The notes beneath the pieces are model-generated. The model did no database searches, had not been told where the DNA came from, and saw only the letters and a list, made by a program, of their open reading frames with translations. A DNA stretch of 47,201 nucleotides from NCBI GenBank assembly GCA_937893495.1, contig CALBIE010000591.1, forward strand, positions 1-47,201, given 5' to 3'. This stretch comes from an uncultured Verrucomicrobiales bacterium. GTDB taxonomy: Bacteria > Verrucomicrobiota > Verrucomicrobiia > Limisphaerales > JAYPXF01. This document shows positions 8,000 to 17,947 of the stretch, one piece after another; position 1 is the stretch's first letter; every line of letters begins with the position of its first letter. The position numbers and the translations under genes are program-made.

Positions 8000-10456
8000 G
8001 TGGGATTGGGCGAGAAAGATGTCGGGTCACAGACCCAGTTACCGGACGGATGGTTCACTCCATTTCGGTTCGGTCTGCTGCTGTTTGGATTCCTGTTCAC
8101 GGTGTATCCGGAGGTGATCCTGGGGAGTCACACGTTTTTCTTTCGCGATTTCGGGCACTTCGGATTTCCGGTTGCGCATTATCATCGGGAGAGTTTCTGG
8201 AATGGCGAAATCCCGCTGTGGAATCCGTACAGCACATGCGGCATTCCGTTCCTCGCGCAGTGGAACACGCTGGTGCTGTATCCCGGCTCGTTGATTTATC
8301 TGCTGCTGCCGGAGCCATGGGGGGTCGGATGGTTCTGCCTCGCGCATGTTCTGCTTGCCGGGCTGGGAATGTATCGATTGACGCATGAACTCACCGGCAG
8401 CCGGTTCGCGGCGTGCGTCGGCGGACTGCTCTTCGCCTTCAACGGCTTCACTCTTCACGCGGTCATGTGGCCGAACAACATCGCTGCCTGGGGCTGGCTG
8501 CCGTGGGTGTTGTGGTCCGTGCGTGGTGCGTGGCGCGACGGCGGAAAGGCGCTTGTTCCGGCCGTGCTGCTCGGTGGATTGCAGATGCTCTGCGGCGCGC
8601 CGGAAATCATTTTGTTCACCTGGCTGCTGATGGGCGTGTGGCTATTGGCGGAGGTGTGGCAAGGACGCGGAAAGAGAGTGCATAATTCGGGGCCTGCCGA
8701 GCCGGAGGCCGGCGCTCCGGGGGCATGGTCCGCCATTCGTCGATTCGTGTTGGTTGGCGTCATGGTTGCCGCCCTTTGCGCCGCGCAGTTGCTGCCTTTC
8801 CTTGAACTGGTCATTCACTCTCATCGCGAAGCCGGTTTCGATACCGATATGTATGCCCTCCCGGCCTGGGGTTGGGCCAATCTGCTGGTGCCGCTCTTTC
8901 GCGCCACGCCTTCGGCCACCGGGGTGTATTCGCATGTTGAGCAGCAATGGACGTCGTCTTTCTATCCGGGGATCACCGGGCTCGCATTGGCGATCTGGGT
9001 GATCGCGCGCGGACAGGATCGCGTCATGCGATGGCTGGCCGCATTTGGTCTGATGGGGCTGATTCTCGCTCTGGGCCAGAAGGCGTTTCTCCTGCCGTTG
9101 TTTCAACAGGTATTGCCCCTCTTCGATCTCATCCGGTTCCCGGTAAAGTATGTCGTGCCGATGTTGATCGTGACGCCGATATTGGCTGCGGCTGCGATTG
9201 CACATTGGGAAAGATTTTCCACCGATGACAGCCAACGCGAAGGCGTCGTTGCCGGGCGAATCTGGCTGCTGCTGCTGCTGGCGACAGGATTCATCTGTTA
9301 CGAAGCCTGGTGTCAACCCGGGTCCGATGAAGACGGGACAATGACCGTCGTCAACGGCGTCAGTCGGATGGCCTGGTTGATTCTGCTGGGCGTACTTTTA
9401 TTGCTTGGCCACCGGCATGACCTGCGGCGAATCAAAGCGCAAGCGGTCATCCCGTCCAACAAACAAGACGAGAAAGGCAAATGGCAACCGGGGAAAGGAT
9501 TCGCACAGAGTTTGCATGGCAACAGCGATCAAGATACGCCGAGACACGCGGGTTCTCCCGTCGTGACCGGGGCGTTTCTGCGAGGAGCCGTTTTACTGGT
9601 TATTGGTCTCGATATTCTGACGCATACACCGGAACAGAATCCGACCGTCGTGACGCAGGCCTATGAACCCGGTGTCGCCCGCTTGAACGCGATGCCCCGC
9701 CTCGGTGAAGGCCGTGCGATGGTCTCGCCGCGGATGGAACTGTTCCTGAGTCAGGCGGTAAATCCTGACGCCTTGAATTACTGCATCAGCATGCGACGGG
9801 CATTATTCACCGACTGGAATCTGCTGGAAGGCATTCCGAAGGTGAACGGCTTTTTCTCGATGTATCCGGCCGAGCATCAAGCCATCTGGCGGCGGTTGTA
9901 CGAATCTGGTGCCGTGCCGCCCGCGCCATTGATGAATTTTCTCGGGGTCTCGCGGATCTCCAACGAGGAAACCGTTTCGACCTTCAACTGGGATTCGCGA
10001 TCCGATGCTTTGCCGTTGATCATCGGTGGCCAGAAACCGTTGTTCGTGGAGGACAAACTAATTCCCGAATTGATGACCTCCGAAGAATTTGATCCCGAAC
10101 AGGTCGTGTTGCTCCCGGCGGAACTGGAATCCGCGAACCTTGGCAAGGAGTCGGCGGAGATTCGGATTGAGGCACAGTCATGGTCAACTCATCGAATCAC
10201 TTTTGATGTGGACGCGGCGGATGCCGGTTGGGTGGTAATCGCGCAGGGTTGGTATCCGCATTGGCGCGCATTCATTGATGGCGACTCAGTGCCGTTGTTT
10301 CGCGCTAATCACGCGTTTCAAGCCATTCAAGTTCCGGCCGGCCAACATGCGGTCGTGCTCGAGTATCGTGACCGGACTTTTCTGGTGAGCGGATTGATTT
10401 CCATTGCAACTTTGTTTGTATTGTTCGCCATGCACCGGATAATCCGCCGCCAGTGA
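8000..10456 (+). CDS. YfhO-family multi-TM glycosyltransferase (GT-C type), paralog 1
   Basis: FFRDFG, GEIPLWNPY..CGIPFLAQWN, GAPE, QLLPF, RFPVK; C-terminal WYPHWRA...NHAFQA. Confidence 0.85.
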   Translation: MGLGEKDVGSQTQLPDGWFTPFRFGLLLFGFLFTVYPEVILGSHTFFFRDFGHFGFPVAHYHRESFWNGEIPLWNPYSTCGIPFLAQWNTLVLYPGSLIYLLLPEPWGVGWFCLAHVLLAGLGMYRLTHELTGSRFAACVGGLLFAFNGFTLHAVMWPNNIAAWGWLPWVLWSVRGAWRDGGKALVPAVLLGGLQMLCGAPEIILFTWLLMGVWLLAEVWQGRGKRVHNSGPAEPEAGAPGAWSAIRRFVLVGVMVAALCAAQLLPFLELVIHSHREAGFDTDMYALPAWGWANLLVPLFRATPSATGVYSHVEQQWTSSFYPGITGLALAIWVIARGQDRVMRWLAAFGLMGLILALGQKAFLLPLFQQVLPLFDLIRFPVKYVVPMLIVTPILAAAAIAHWERFSTDDSQREGVVAGRIWLLLLLATGFICYEAWCQPGSDEDGTMTVVNGVSRMAWLILLGVLLLLGHRHDLRRIKAQAVIPSNKQDEKGKWQPGKGFAQSLHGNSDQDTPRHAGSPVVTGAFLRGAVLLVIGLDILTHTPEQNPTVVTQAYEPGVARLNAMPRLGEGRAMVSPRMELFLSQAVNPDALNYCISMRRALFTDWNLLEGIPKVNGFFSMYPAEHQAIWRRLYESGAVPPAPLMNFLGVSRISNEETVSTFNWDSRSDALPLIIGGQKPLFVEDKLIPELMTSEEFDPEQVVLLPAELESANLGKESAEIRIEAQSWSTHRITFDVDAADAGWVVIAQGWYPHWRAFIDGDSVPLFRANHAFQAIQVPAGQHAVVLEYRDRTFLVSGLISIATLFVLFAMHRIIRRQ
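8696..8718 (-). repeat. REP-like palindrome (GGAG-headed) in frame inside paralog 1
   Basis: Minus strand GGAGCGCCGGCCTCCGGCTCGGC; lies in a loop that is shorter in paralogs 3 and 4. Confidence 0.55.
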
Positions 10457-13020
10457 TCGATTCCCAATCGTCAATCGCAGACACGACGTTGCCAACGGAT
10501 ACAGAGAACGCATTGGCCGACTGTTTTCGTCCAGTGCGATTTGCTCTGTTGCTCGGATTGCTCGTGGTGGTTTCATGGCCGGCGGTGGTGTTCGGGACTC
10601 AGTCGTTTGTCCTGCGGGATTTCAGTGTGTTTGGATATCCCATCGCCCATTACGCGCGGGAGAGTTTTTGGAACGGTGAAATTCCCCTTTGGAATCCGCT
10701 CAACAACTGCGGTCTGCCCTTTCTCGCGCAATGGAATACGATGGTGCTGTATCCGCCGTCGCTCATCTATCTGCTGCTGCCATTGCCCTGGTCACTTTGT
10801 CTCTTCTGTCTGTTGCATCTCTATGGCGGTGGACTCGGGATGTATTTCCTCGCGCGCCGATGGACGGCCAACAATTTCGCCGCGGCCATCGCCGGCGTGG
10901 CCTACGCATTCAATGGGTTGACACAAACGGCGTTGATGTGGCCGAACAACATAGCCGCGCTCGGGTGTTTGCCGTGGGTGGTGCTGTGCGCCCAACTTGG
11001 ATGGCGCGAGGGGGGTAAATGGTTCACCCGCGCCGCGCTCGTTGGCGCGCTGCAAATGCTGACGGGCGCGCCGGAAATCATTCTGCTCACCTGGGTTTTC
11101 ATTGGTGTGCTTTGGCTGGCGGATTTGGTGGCGGGGAAAGAGCACGCGGTCCGAAGTGCTCGCGGATGCACCTTCGCACCCGGGATCCCTATCGCTCCAT
11201 CCCTGTCAGGGAACCCAGACGCCCCCTCATTCCATCCCTCTCCCCCAGTGGGGGAGAGGGTGCCCGAAGCGCCGGGTCAGGGGACCCGGCCTACAATTTG
11301 TAGGCCCGGTGCCCTCACCGGGCTTCCCTCGTTTCGGGAGGTTTATGGAGAGAGCTCCCGAGGGTTGGAGAAAGAGGATTCGGGGCGAGGTGAAGGCTTG
11401 TTTTCCGTGATCGTCCGACTGCCGTTGCTCGTCGTGGTCATTGCCGGGTTGTCGGCGGCGCAATTGCTGCCGTTCCTGGATCTGCTGGCGCATTCTCAAC
11501 GTGGAGAGGAGTTTGGCGGGCAGGTGTGGTCCGCATCGCAGTTCGCCTGGGTGAATTTCCTGGTTCCGCTTTTTCGCACCATTCGTGCATCGTCGGGTGT
11601 TTACCTGCAGGCGGATCAACTGTGGGCGCTGTCATTCTACGCCGGAGTGGGGACCTTGTTGCTGTCCGTCATGGCCGGTTGGCGACTCCACCGTTCCGGG
11701 CTGCTCGTATTGATCGCACTCGGCTCGCTTGGCCTGGCGATGGGTGCCGCCGGGGTTTTGTTTCCCATCGCCGACCGATTCGCACCACTGGGTTTCATGC
11801 GTTATCCCGCGAAGTTCATGGTTTTAACGGCCATTGTCATCCCGCTGTTGGCGGCCGTGGGACTGAAACGATTCCTGGATTCGAAGGACGGTGAATCATC
11901 GAATTCGTTCAGCTTTGCCGTGATGGCGTTGCTTGGATTGTTCGGCACTGGTTTTTGGTTGATCGGTCTTGTCCCGGTCGATGGAGAAATGATGGACCCG
12001 GTCTATCAAAGCGCGTCGGTGCGATTGGCGTTTCTGCTTTGTGTCGTCGGGTTGTTGTTCGGACTCAAAAAGGTCACCGAAGCGCGGCGGCGTTCGCTAA
12101 TCGCCTTCGCGCTGATCGCGGTTGTCTGGTTTGACCTGAAGACACACCTGCCCAATCTGACTGCGACTGTTTCGCCGGCGTTGATGGTGGACCGATTGCC
12201 GCTGCTCCAGGACCTTAAGCCCAGGCCTGCGCTTGAAAACGGCAGGGCAATGCTCACGGCGAACGCGTTGTTGGAGTTTAAACACAAGTCGCTGCCCGAC
12301 ATGGGGCAAACGCTCGTGCTCCAACGCGTCGGTATGTTCGACAATTTCAATCTGCTCGAAGGCCTGGCCAAGATGGACGGCATCTGGTCGCTCTATTTAC
12401 GGGAGCAGTTCGAGATCGAAATGCGGCTCTATGCGAGTGAGACGAATATTCAGCCGGCGCTGGGCGATTTTCTCGCCGTCAATCAGGTGTCTTCGCCCAC
12501 GAACATTTTTCAATGGATACCTCGTCCGACTGCGATGCCTGTCATCACCGCGGGACAGCAACCCGTTTTTGTTCAGTTCTCGAATATTTTTCGCGTGTTG
12601 CTCGCCAGGAATTTCGACCCACGCGAGGTCGTATACTTCAACGAGGACAGCACTGAACTGATGTCAACCAATCGGGTCCGTGACGCGCGCATTCGGCAGT
12701 CGTCAATTTCCGCTCACCGCGTTGCCTTTGACATCGAAACACCGACGCCGACGGTGGCCGTCATTGCGCAATCCTATCATCGCGGGTGGGAGGCGACGGT
12801 GAATGAACAACCGGCCAGGGTGTATCGGGTAAATCACGGATTCCAAGCGGTGCGGATTCCCGCCGGCAGGCATCATGTCGAACTGCGGTATCGCGATCGA
12901 AAATTCATGGCAGGATCTTTCATTTCGCTGGGGACTTTGTTTGCATTGTTCGGTTTCAAGCGAATTGAAAAACTGGTGATAAAGAGCGGGAACAAGGGCA
13001 AAAATGCAGAAACACCATGA
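10453..13020 (+). CDS. YfhO-family glycosyltransferase, paralog 2
   Basis: Same motif series (VLRDFS, GEIPLWNP, GAPE, QLLPF, RYPAK, NHGFQA); GTGA overlap with paralog 1. Confidence 0.85.
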   Translation: MIDSQSSIADTTLPTDTENALADCFRPVRFALLLGLLVVVSWPAVVFGTQSFVLRDFSVFGYPIAHYARESFWNGEIPLWNPLNNCGLPFLAQWNTMVLYPPSLIYLLLPLPWSLCLFCLLHLYGGGLGMYFLARRWTANNFAAAIAGVAYAFNGLTQTALMWPNNIAALGCLPWVVLCAQLGWREGGKWFTRAALVGALQMLTGAPEIILLTWVFIGVLWLADLVAGKEHAVRSARGCTFAPGIPIAPSLSGNPDAPSFHPSPPVGERVPEAPGQGTRPTICRPGALTGLPSFREVYGESSRGLEKEDSGRGEGLFSVIVRLPLLVVVIAGLSAAQLLPFLDLLAHSQRGEEFGGQVWSASQFAWVNFLVPLFRTIRASSGVYLQADQLWALSFYAGVGTLLLSVMAGWRLHRSGLLVLIALGSLGLAMGAAGVLFPIADRFAPLGFMRYPAKFMVLTAIVIPLLAAVGLKRFLDSKDGESSNSFSFAVMALLGLFGTGFWLIGLVPVDGEMMDPVYQSASVRLAFLLCVVGLLFGLKKVTEARRRSLIAFALIAVVWFDLKTHLPNLTATVSPALMVDRLPLLQDLKPRPALENGRAMLTANALLEFKHKSLPDMGQTLVLQRVGMFDNFNLLEGLAKMDGIWSLYLREQFEIEMRLYASETNIQPALGDFLAVNQVSSPTNIFQWIPRPTAMPVITAGQQPVFVQFSNIFRVLLARNFDPREVVYFNEDSTELMSTNRVRDARIRQSSISAHRVAFDIETPTPTVAVIAQSYHRGWEATVNEQPARVYRVNHGFQAVRIPAGRHHVELRYRDRKFMAGSFISLGTLFALFGFKRIEKLVIKSGNKGKNAETP
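11222..11352. repeat. Nested palindromic/REP elements in frame inside paralog 2
   Basis: CCCTCTCCCCC-agt-GGGGGAGAGGG (11236-11260); GCCGGGTC-aggg-GACCCGGC-CTAC (11271-11294); GTAG-GCCCGGTG-ccct-CACCGGGC (11300-11323). Confidence 0.85.
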
Positions 13021-15356
13021 CTGCTGACGGCAAAAATGATGACCCTTCGTCGGACGCGGAAGGTCCAATTGAATGGCTGTCGTCCACGCGTTTCGCCGGG
13101 TTGCTTGCGCTCGTTTTCATCGGTTCATTTTTCGGAGTGTTTATTGGATCGGAAACGTTTTTTCGATCGGACTACGGCGTCATCGGTTACCCTTCGACGT
13201 TCTACTTTCGGCAGAGCGTGCTGGCGGGTGAACTGCCGCTTTGGAATCCGTTGAGCAATTGCGGCGCGCCGTTTCTCGCGCAATGGGGAACGATGTGTCT
13301 CTACCCCGGCGCGTTGTTCTACGTTCTCTTTCCCATGCCGTGGTCGTTGGGGGTGTTCAGCCTCGGGCACCTGTGGTTTGGTGGCGTGGGAATGTTTTTC
13401 CTCGCGCGTCGCTGGACGAACGACCCGTTCGCGGCGTCATTCGCCGGATTCTCATTTGGCTTAAGCGGGGCCGTATTGGCGTGCCTAATCTGGCCTAACT
13501 ACTGCGTCGCACTGGGATGGATGCCGTGGGTTGTTCTCACTACACAAATCGCCTGGCGGGACGGCGGTCGCAAGATTCCCATCGCGGCTTTGGCCGGGAC
13601 CATGCAGATGTTGACTGGCGCGCCTGAACTGGTGTTGCTGACCTGGCTGCTGCTGCTGGTTCTTGGGTGCGCCGAAATCTGCTCAATCTCGAATCGCGTG
13701 ATGCTGGTTGTTCGCTTTGGGTTGGTAATTGGAATAATCGCAGCGCTTTCAGCAATTCAGTTATTACCGTTTTTTGAATTGCTGGAACACTCCCAACGCG
13801 ACGCATCGTTTCGTGATTCCCGCTGGCCAATGCCCATTTGGGGTTGGGCGAATCTGTGGGTGCCATTCTTTCACTACGGTATCACCGATCAGGGGCTGTA
13901 TGTGCAGCAGGGGCAATACTTCCTCACCTCATACTATCCCGGTGTTATTGTTTTGGCTCTGGCTGTTTTGGCTGCGTGGCGGGTGCGTCATCGGAACGTG
14001 ACGATATTTATCGTCCTTTCGATTTTTGGCCTCCTCATGGCCCTTGGTGAGGGCGGATTGATTTTCCCGGCACTCAAACAACTGCTGCCGGGTGGGGGCA
14101 TGGCGCGATATCCCATCAAGTTTGTTTTTCTTGCCGCGTTCCTGTTTCCGCTGCTGGCGGCCTACGGGCTCAAGCGACTGGCCGAAGACAAGGCTGCCAA
14201 TTTGGCGAGTCAGAACCGCGATGCGCTCCGGATCGGAGTTGCGACTGTCGTCGTCATGCTGATCCTCCTGGCGCTGGCCCACGTATTCGCCAATCCGTTT
14301 GACCAGCTTGCCCAGACGCGCGCCAACACCGGCGCCCGGTTGATGTTGTTTGGGTTTGTCGGATTCGCGCTGATGCGATCGACGGAGAATTCAGCGCCGG
14401 TGCGACAAAAGCGCCTGTGGCAGATGTTGACGCTTTTATTCCTCGCGACCGATCTGCTGACGCATCTGCCCCGCCAGAATCCCCGCGTTCCCGCCGCGTT
14501 GTATGCGGCCAATCAACTTCAATCGACGTTGAAGCTCTATCCGCCCCCGATTCATGGAAAGGCGCGGGTCATGATTCTGCCGGAGACGGATCATCGATTG
14601 AACCTCAGTCTGCCGCCGCGACTTGAACGTGACTACGCGGAGAAACGTTTGAACGCCTGGTCGCACCTCAACCTGCTCGATGGCTACGCCAAGGTGAACG
14701 GCTCCTCCACGCTTCGAATTCGTGAGCAGGATGAATTGGAGCGGTTGCTTTATCCCAAAACCATCACCAATGCGCCGTCAGCGAAGCCGATCACGGATTT
14801 CCTTGGCGTGGCGCATATTTCTGCAACGACGATCTCAAATCTGTGGGAGCCGCGGTTCAGTTTCATGCCGTTCGTCACCGGTGGTCAACGGCCCGTCTTC
14901 GCGGACCCGTCAACCACGCTCAGTAATCTGGTCGGCACTAATGTGAGTCTCCGTGAAGTGGTTTTTCTCAGTCCGGACGACCGCGATAAAGTCGGTGAAC
15001 TGGCCGCCTCGAAACCGCGAATTGAATTACAGTCGGTTCGCGCGCATGAAATTCGTTTCACGGTTGAGGCGGAATCGCCGGCTCTCATCGTCATTGCCCA
15101 ATCGCATTACCCGGCGTGGCGGGCAACCGTGAATGGCAGCGCGGCTGACATTCTGCGGGCCAACCATGCGTTTCAGGCCGTCAAGGTGGAGAAAGGAAAT
15201 TCCGAGGTGCGCCTTTACTACCGAGACCAACAATTTCGAACGGGTTCAATCATTTCCGGAATCGCGTTTGCCGTTTGTCTTGTCTGGCTGATTCCGGTAT
15301 CCCGAAAGAAATCCGTGCTGAATGGAAATGAGCAGTCAGACGAATCCAATGACTGA
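13017..15356 (+). CDS. YfhO-family glycosyltransferase, paralog 3
   Basis: FRSDYG, GELPLWNP, GAPE, QLLPF, RYPIK, NHAFQA; ATGA overlap with paralog 2. Confidence 0.85.
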   Translation: MTADGKNDDPSSDAEGPIEWLSSTRFAGLLALVFIGSFFGVFIGSETFFRSDYGVIGYPSTFYFRQSVLAGELPLWNPLSNCGAPFLAQWGTMCLYPGALFYVLFPMPWSLGVFSLGHLWFGGVGMFFLARRWTNDPFAASFAGFSFGLSGAVLACLIWPNYCVALGWMPWVVLTTQIAWRDGGRKIPIAALAGTMQMLTGAPELVLLTWLLLLVLGCAEICSISNRVMLVVRFGLVIGIIAALSAIQLLPFFELLEHSQRDASFRDSRWPMPIWGWANLWVPFFHYGITDQGLYVQQGQYFLTSYYPGVIVLALAVLAAWRVRHRNVTIFIVLSIFGLLMALGEGGLIFPALKQLLPGGGMARYPIKFVFLAAFLFPLLAAYGLKRLAEDKAANLASQNRDALRIGVATVVVMLILLALAHVFANPFDQLAQTRANTGARLMLFGFVGFALMRSTENSAPVRQKRLWQMLTLLFLATDLLTHLPRQNPRVPAALYAANQLQSTLKLYPPPIHGKARVMILPETDHRLNLSLPPRLERDYAEKRLNAWSHLNLLDGYAKVNGSSTLRIREQDELERLLYPKTITNAPSAKPITDFLGVAHISATTISNLWEPRFSFMPFVTGGQRPVFADPSTTLSNLVGTNVSLREVVFLSPDDRDKVGELAASKPRIELQSVRAHEIRFTVEAESPALIVIAQSHYPAWRATVNGSAADILRANHAFQAVKVEKGNSEVRLYYRDQQFRTGSIISGIAFAVCLVWLIPVSRKKSVLNGNEQSDESND

Positions 15357-17664
15357 GACGAGACTTTCGGAGCGCAGGTTTATCGGCCTCCTCGGGGTGT
15401 TGTTGTTGCTGACCTTTTATCCGGTCCTGCTTGGCGGGCAGGCGTTGTTTTATCGTGACTACGGATTCCTGGGTTACCCGTTTGCGCACTTTCACCGCGA
15501 GATGTTCTGGAGCGGGGAAATTCCGTTTTGGAATTCCCTGATTCACTGTGGTGTGCCGTTTTTCGCGCAGTGGAACACGATGGTGTTTTATCCGGGGTCC
15601 TTGATCTATCTCATCTTTCCGCTGCCGGTTTCGCTGGCGTGGTTTTGCGTATTGCACATCTTCCTTGGCGGCGTCGGGATGCGGCGACTGGCGCTGTGCT
15701 GGACGGGTTCGGATTTTGGGGCGGCGGTCGCGGGTGTCTCTTTTGCAGTCGGTGGTATGATGCTTGGATCGGTGATCTACCCGAACTATCTCGTCGCATT
15801 TGGGTGGCTGCCATGGGTGTTCCTGTTTGCGGAAAAGGCGTGGACGCATGGCGGGCGAAACCTCGCGCTGGCGGCGCTGGCTGGTAGTATGCAAATGCTC
15901 AGCGGCGCGCCGGAATTGATCCTGATGACCTGGATGCTTCTGGGTGTTGTTGGCGTCAGCCGAATTGCTTTTGATGCCACCGCTCCTGAAGCCCTGCCGC
16001 GCCGGTTTGTCTTTGTGGTTCTACTCATTGCCGGAATCTGTGCGTTTCAACTGCTCCCGTTTTTTGAACTGCTGCATCACTCCCAGCGGGACGCCGGTTC
16101 CGCATCTGGATTCTGGGCTTTGCCCGCGTGGGGATGGGTGAACTTTTTTGTGCCGCTCTATTCGCATTTCAAGACTGAACAGGGCGTTTATGTTCAAGCC
16201 GGACAATCGTTTTTGCCGACGTATTACCTCGGCATCGTTCCGCTGTGGCTCGCGGTGGTTGCCATCTGGCAGCAACGCAATTGGCGCACGGTGGCACTGG
16301 CGTTTGCGGGATTTGGCGCGCTGTTGATCGCGATGGGCGAGCAGTCGCCGGTTTACGGAATGCTGAAGTCCGTGTTTCCCGTCGGCTTTGCCCGGTTCCC
16401 GGTCAAGGCGGTTTTGATCATTGGATTCATCGGTCCCGCGCTCGCGGCCCATGCGATCGCCTGTTGGGAGAAACATCCTGCCACCGGCAGTGAATCGATT
16501 CTTCGGCGATTGGCTCAAAGCGCGGGCGTGATGGCGTTGGTCATTGCGGGCATCGGCGGTTTCTCACGCATGAAGCCGCTCTTTCCGAATCCGGACGACC
16601 TGACGGTTTCGAACGGAATGGTTCGACTGGTTTTCCTTGTGGCCGCGATGGCTGCGCTGGTCTGCTGGCGAAGGCTGTCCGACGCTTTGCGGCGCGTCGT
16701 GCCGATGGGGTTTCTCGTCCTGATCTGGCTGGACGTGATGACTCACACGCCGGTGTTGAATCCCACCATTGACGCGGGAGCGTTTCAGTCGAATCTCGCG
16801 CGCGCCTATCAGCAACAGCAGGGTGTTGAGTTTCCCGAATTGAAGAACGGGCGGGTGATGCTCCGTCCCGAAGCTGAACTGGCGCTCCACACGCGGATGG
16901 TGCCGAAGTTTTTTGACGATTTCATCGGTCAGCGACTGGCGATGTGGGGCAATCTCAATCTGCTCGACAATGTCGCCAAGGTGAACGGCGCCGCCACACT
17001 TCGACCCGCTTGGTGGAACTCCATTGAGAGTGCACTCTACACGAGCACCAATCTCGCCCACACCAACCTCATTCGCTTTCTCGGGGTAACCCATGTGACC
17101 CGGACCGGGGAATTGATGCAATGGCAGGCGCTCTCCACCAGCATGCATCGGGTCACCGCCGGGCAAACCCTTAAGTCTGTGCCGCGCGGTGCCCCGTCTA
17201 TCTGGGAGAGCCCGCTTTGGAATCCACGCACCGAAGCCTTCACCGGCGACGTGGTTGATGCGGAATTGACGAATTTGCCGGCGGTCAGCGCATCCGTTTC
17301 AGAAATTGTCCATGGGAATGGGCGCCTGCAATTTGTCGTGGACGCACCGTCCGCGACGATTGCCGTGATTTCTGAAACATTTTATCCGGGCTGGAAGGCG
17401 ATCGTGAATGGCGATTCGGCCCGGGTGATTCCCATGAACCACGCTTTCATGGCCGTGCCGGTGAATGCCGGGAAAAGTGTCGTGCAATTGAACTATTCGG
17501 AGCCGCGTTTTGGAATCGGAATCGGGATTACATTTTTGTCGTTGGTAGTCTGTGGCTGGCTCTGGCGGCGGCCCGACGAAGAGGACGTTGAACCCGGCCT
17601 GGATTATGTCGAAAGCGGATCGCTGACCGCCCACCTGATGGGCATGACGGGTGGCGAGATTTAA
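15322..17664 (+). CDS. YfhO-family glycosyltransferase, paralog 4
   Basis: FYRDYG, GEIPFWN, GAPE, QLLPF, RFPVK, FYPGWKA, NHAFMA; overlaps the end of paralog 3 (start may be 15328 or 15349). Confidence 0.85.
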   Translation: MEMSSQTNPMTETRLSERRFIGLLGVLLLLTFYPVLLGGQALFYRDYGFLGYPFAHFHREMFWSGEIPFWNSLIHCGVPFFAQWNTMVFYPGSLIYLIFPLPVSLAWFCVLHIFLGGVGMRRLALCWTGSDFGAAVAGVSFAVGGMMLGSVIYPNYLVAFGWLPWVFLFAEKAWTHGGRNLALAALAGSMQMLSGAPELILMTWMLLGVVGVSRIAFDATAPEALPRRFVFVVLLIAGICAFQLLPFFELLHHSQRDAGSASGFWALPAWGWVNFFVPLYSHFKTEQGVYVQAGQSFLPTYYLGIVPLWLAVVAIWQQRNWRTVALAFAGFGALLIAMGEQSPVYGMLKSVFPVGFARFPVKAVLIIGFIGPALAAHAIACWEKHPATGSESILRRLAQSAGVMALVIAGIGGFSRMKPLFPNPDDLTVSNGMVRLVFLVAAMAALVCWRRLSDALRRVVPMGFLVLIWLDVMTHTPVLNPTIDAGAFQSNLARAYQQQQGVEFPELKNGRVMLRPEAELALHTRMVPKFFDDFIGQRLAMWGNLNLLDNVAKVNGAATLRPAWWNSIESALYTSTNLAHTNLIRFLGVTHVTRTGELMQWQALSTSMHRVTAGQTLKSVPRGAPSIWESPLWNPRTEAFTGDVVDAELTNLPAVSASVSEIVHGNGRLQFVVDAPSATIAVISETFYPGWKAIVNGDSARVIPMNHAFMAVPVNAGKSVVQLNYSEPRFGIGIGITFLSLVVCGWLWRRPDEEDVEPGLDYVESGSLTAHLMGMTGGEI

Positions 17665-17732
17665 GAGAGGCAGCCTGGCACCAACGGCAGTGAGCAACCA
17701 GCTAACGGGCCTGCTGACCCCGTTTTCCTTCA

Positions 17733-17768
17733 ACGCAGAGGACGCCGAGGCGCAGAGAACCGCGGAGA
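17733..17768 (+). repeat. Short degenerate tandem repeat (CGCAGAG-type units)
   Basis: ACGCAGAGG ACGCCGAGG CGCAGAGA ACCGCGGAGA. Confidence 0.6.
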
Positions 17769-17775
17769 ACAAAAG

Positions 17776-17947
17776 GGGAGCACAGGCCGCCGGCCTGTCG
17801 TGTCTGGCGGCCCGCCAGACACAGGTGAGGAGCGCGGTCGCTGAAAACCGATTCAAATTACCGATCGGTTGACGAACGTTCCGATCATTTTTTTGGTCGC
17901 CAAAGTCCGAAGCCGGACTGGTCATCAGTCGGGCCTGCTGTGCTCCC
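17776..17947. repeat. REP doublet / MITE-like element
   Basis: Terminal inverted repeats GGGAGCACAG...CTGTGCTCCC; internal hairpins ACAGGC-cgccg-GCCTGT and GTGTCTGGCG-gcc-CGCCAGACAC. Confidence 0.7.
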
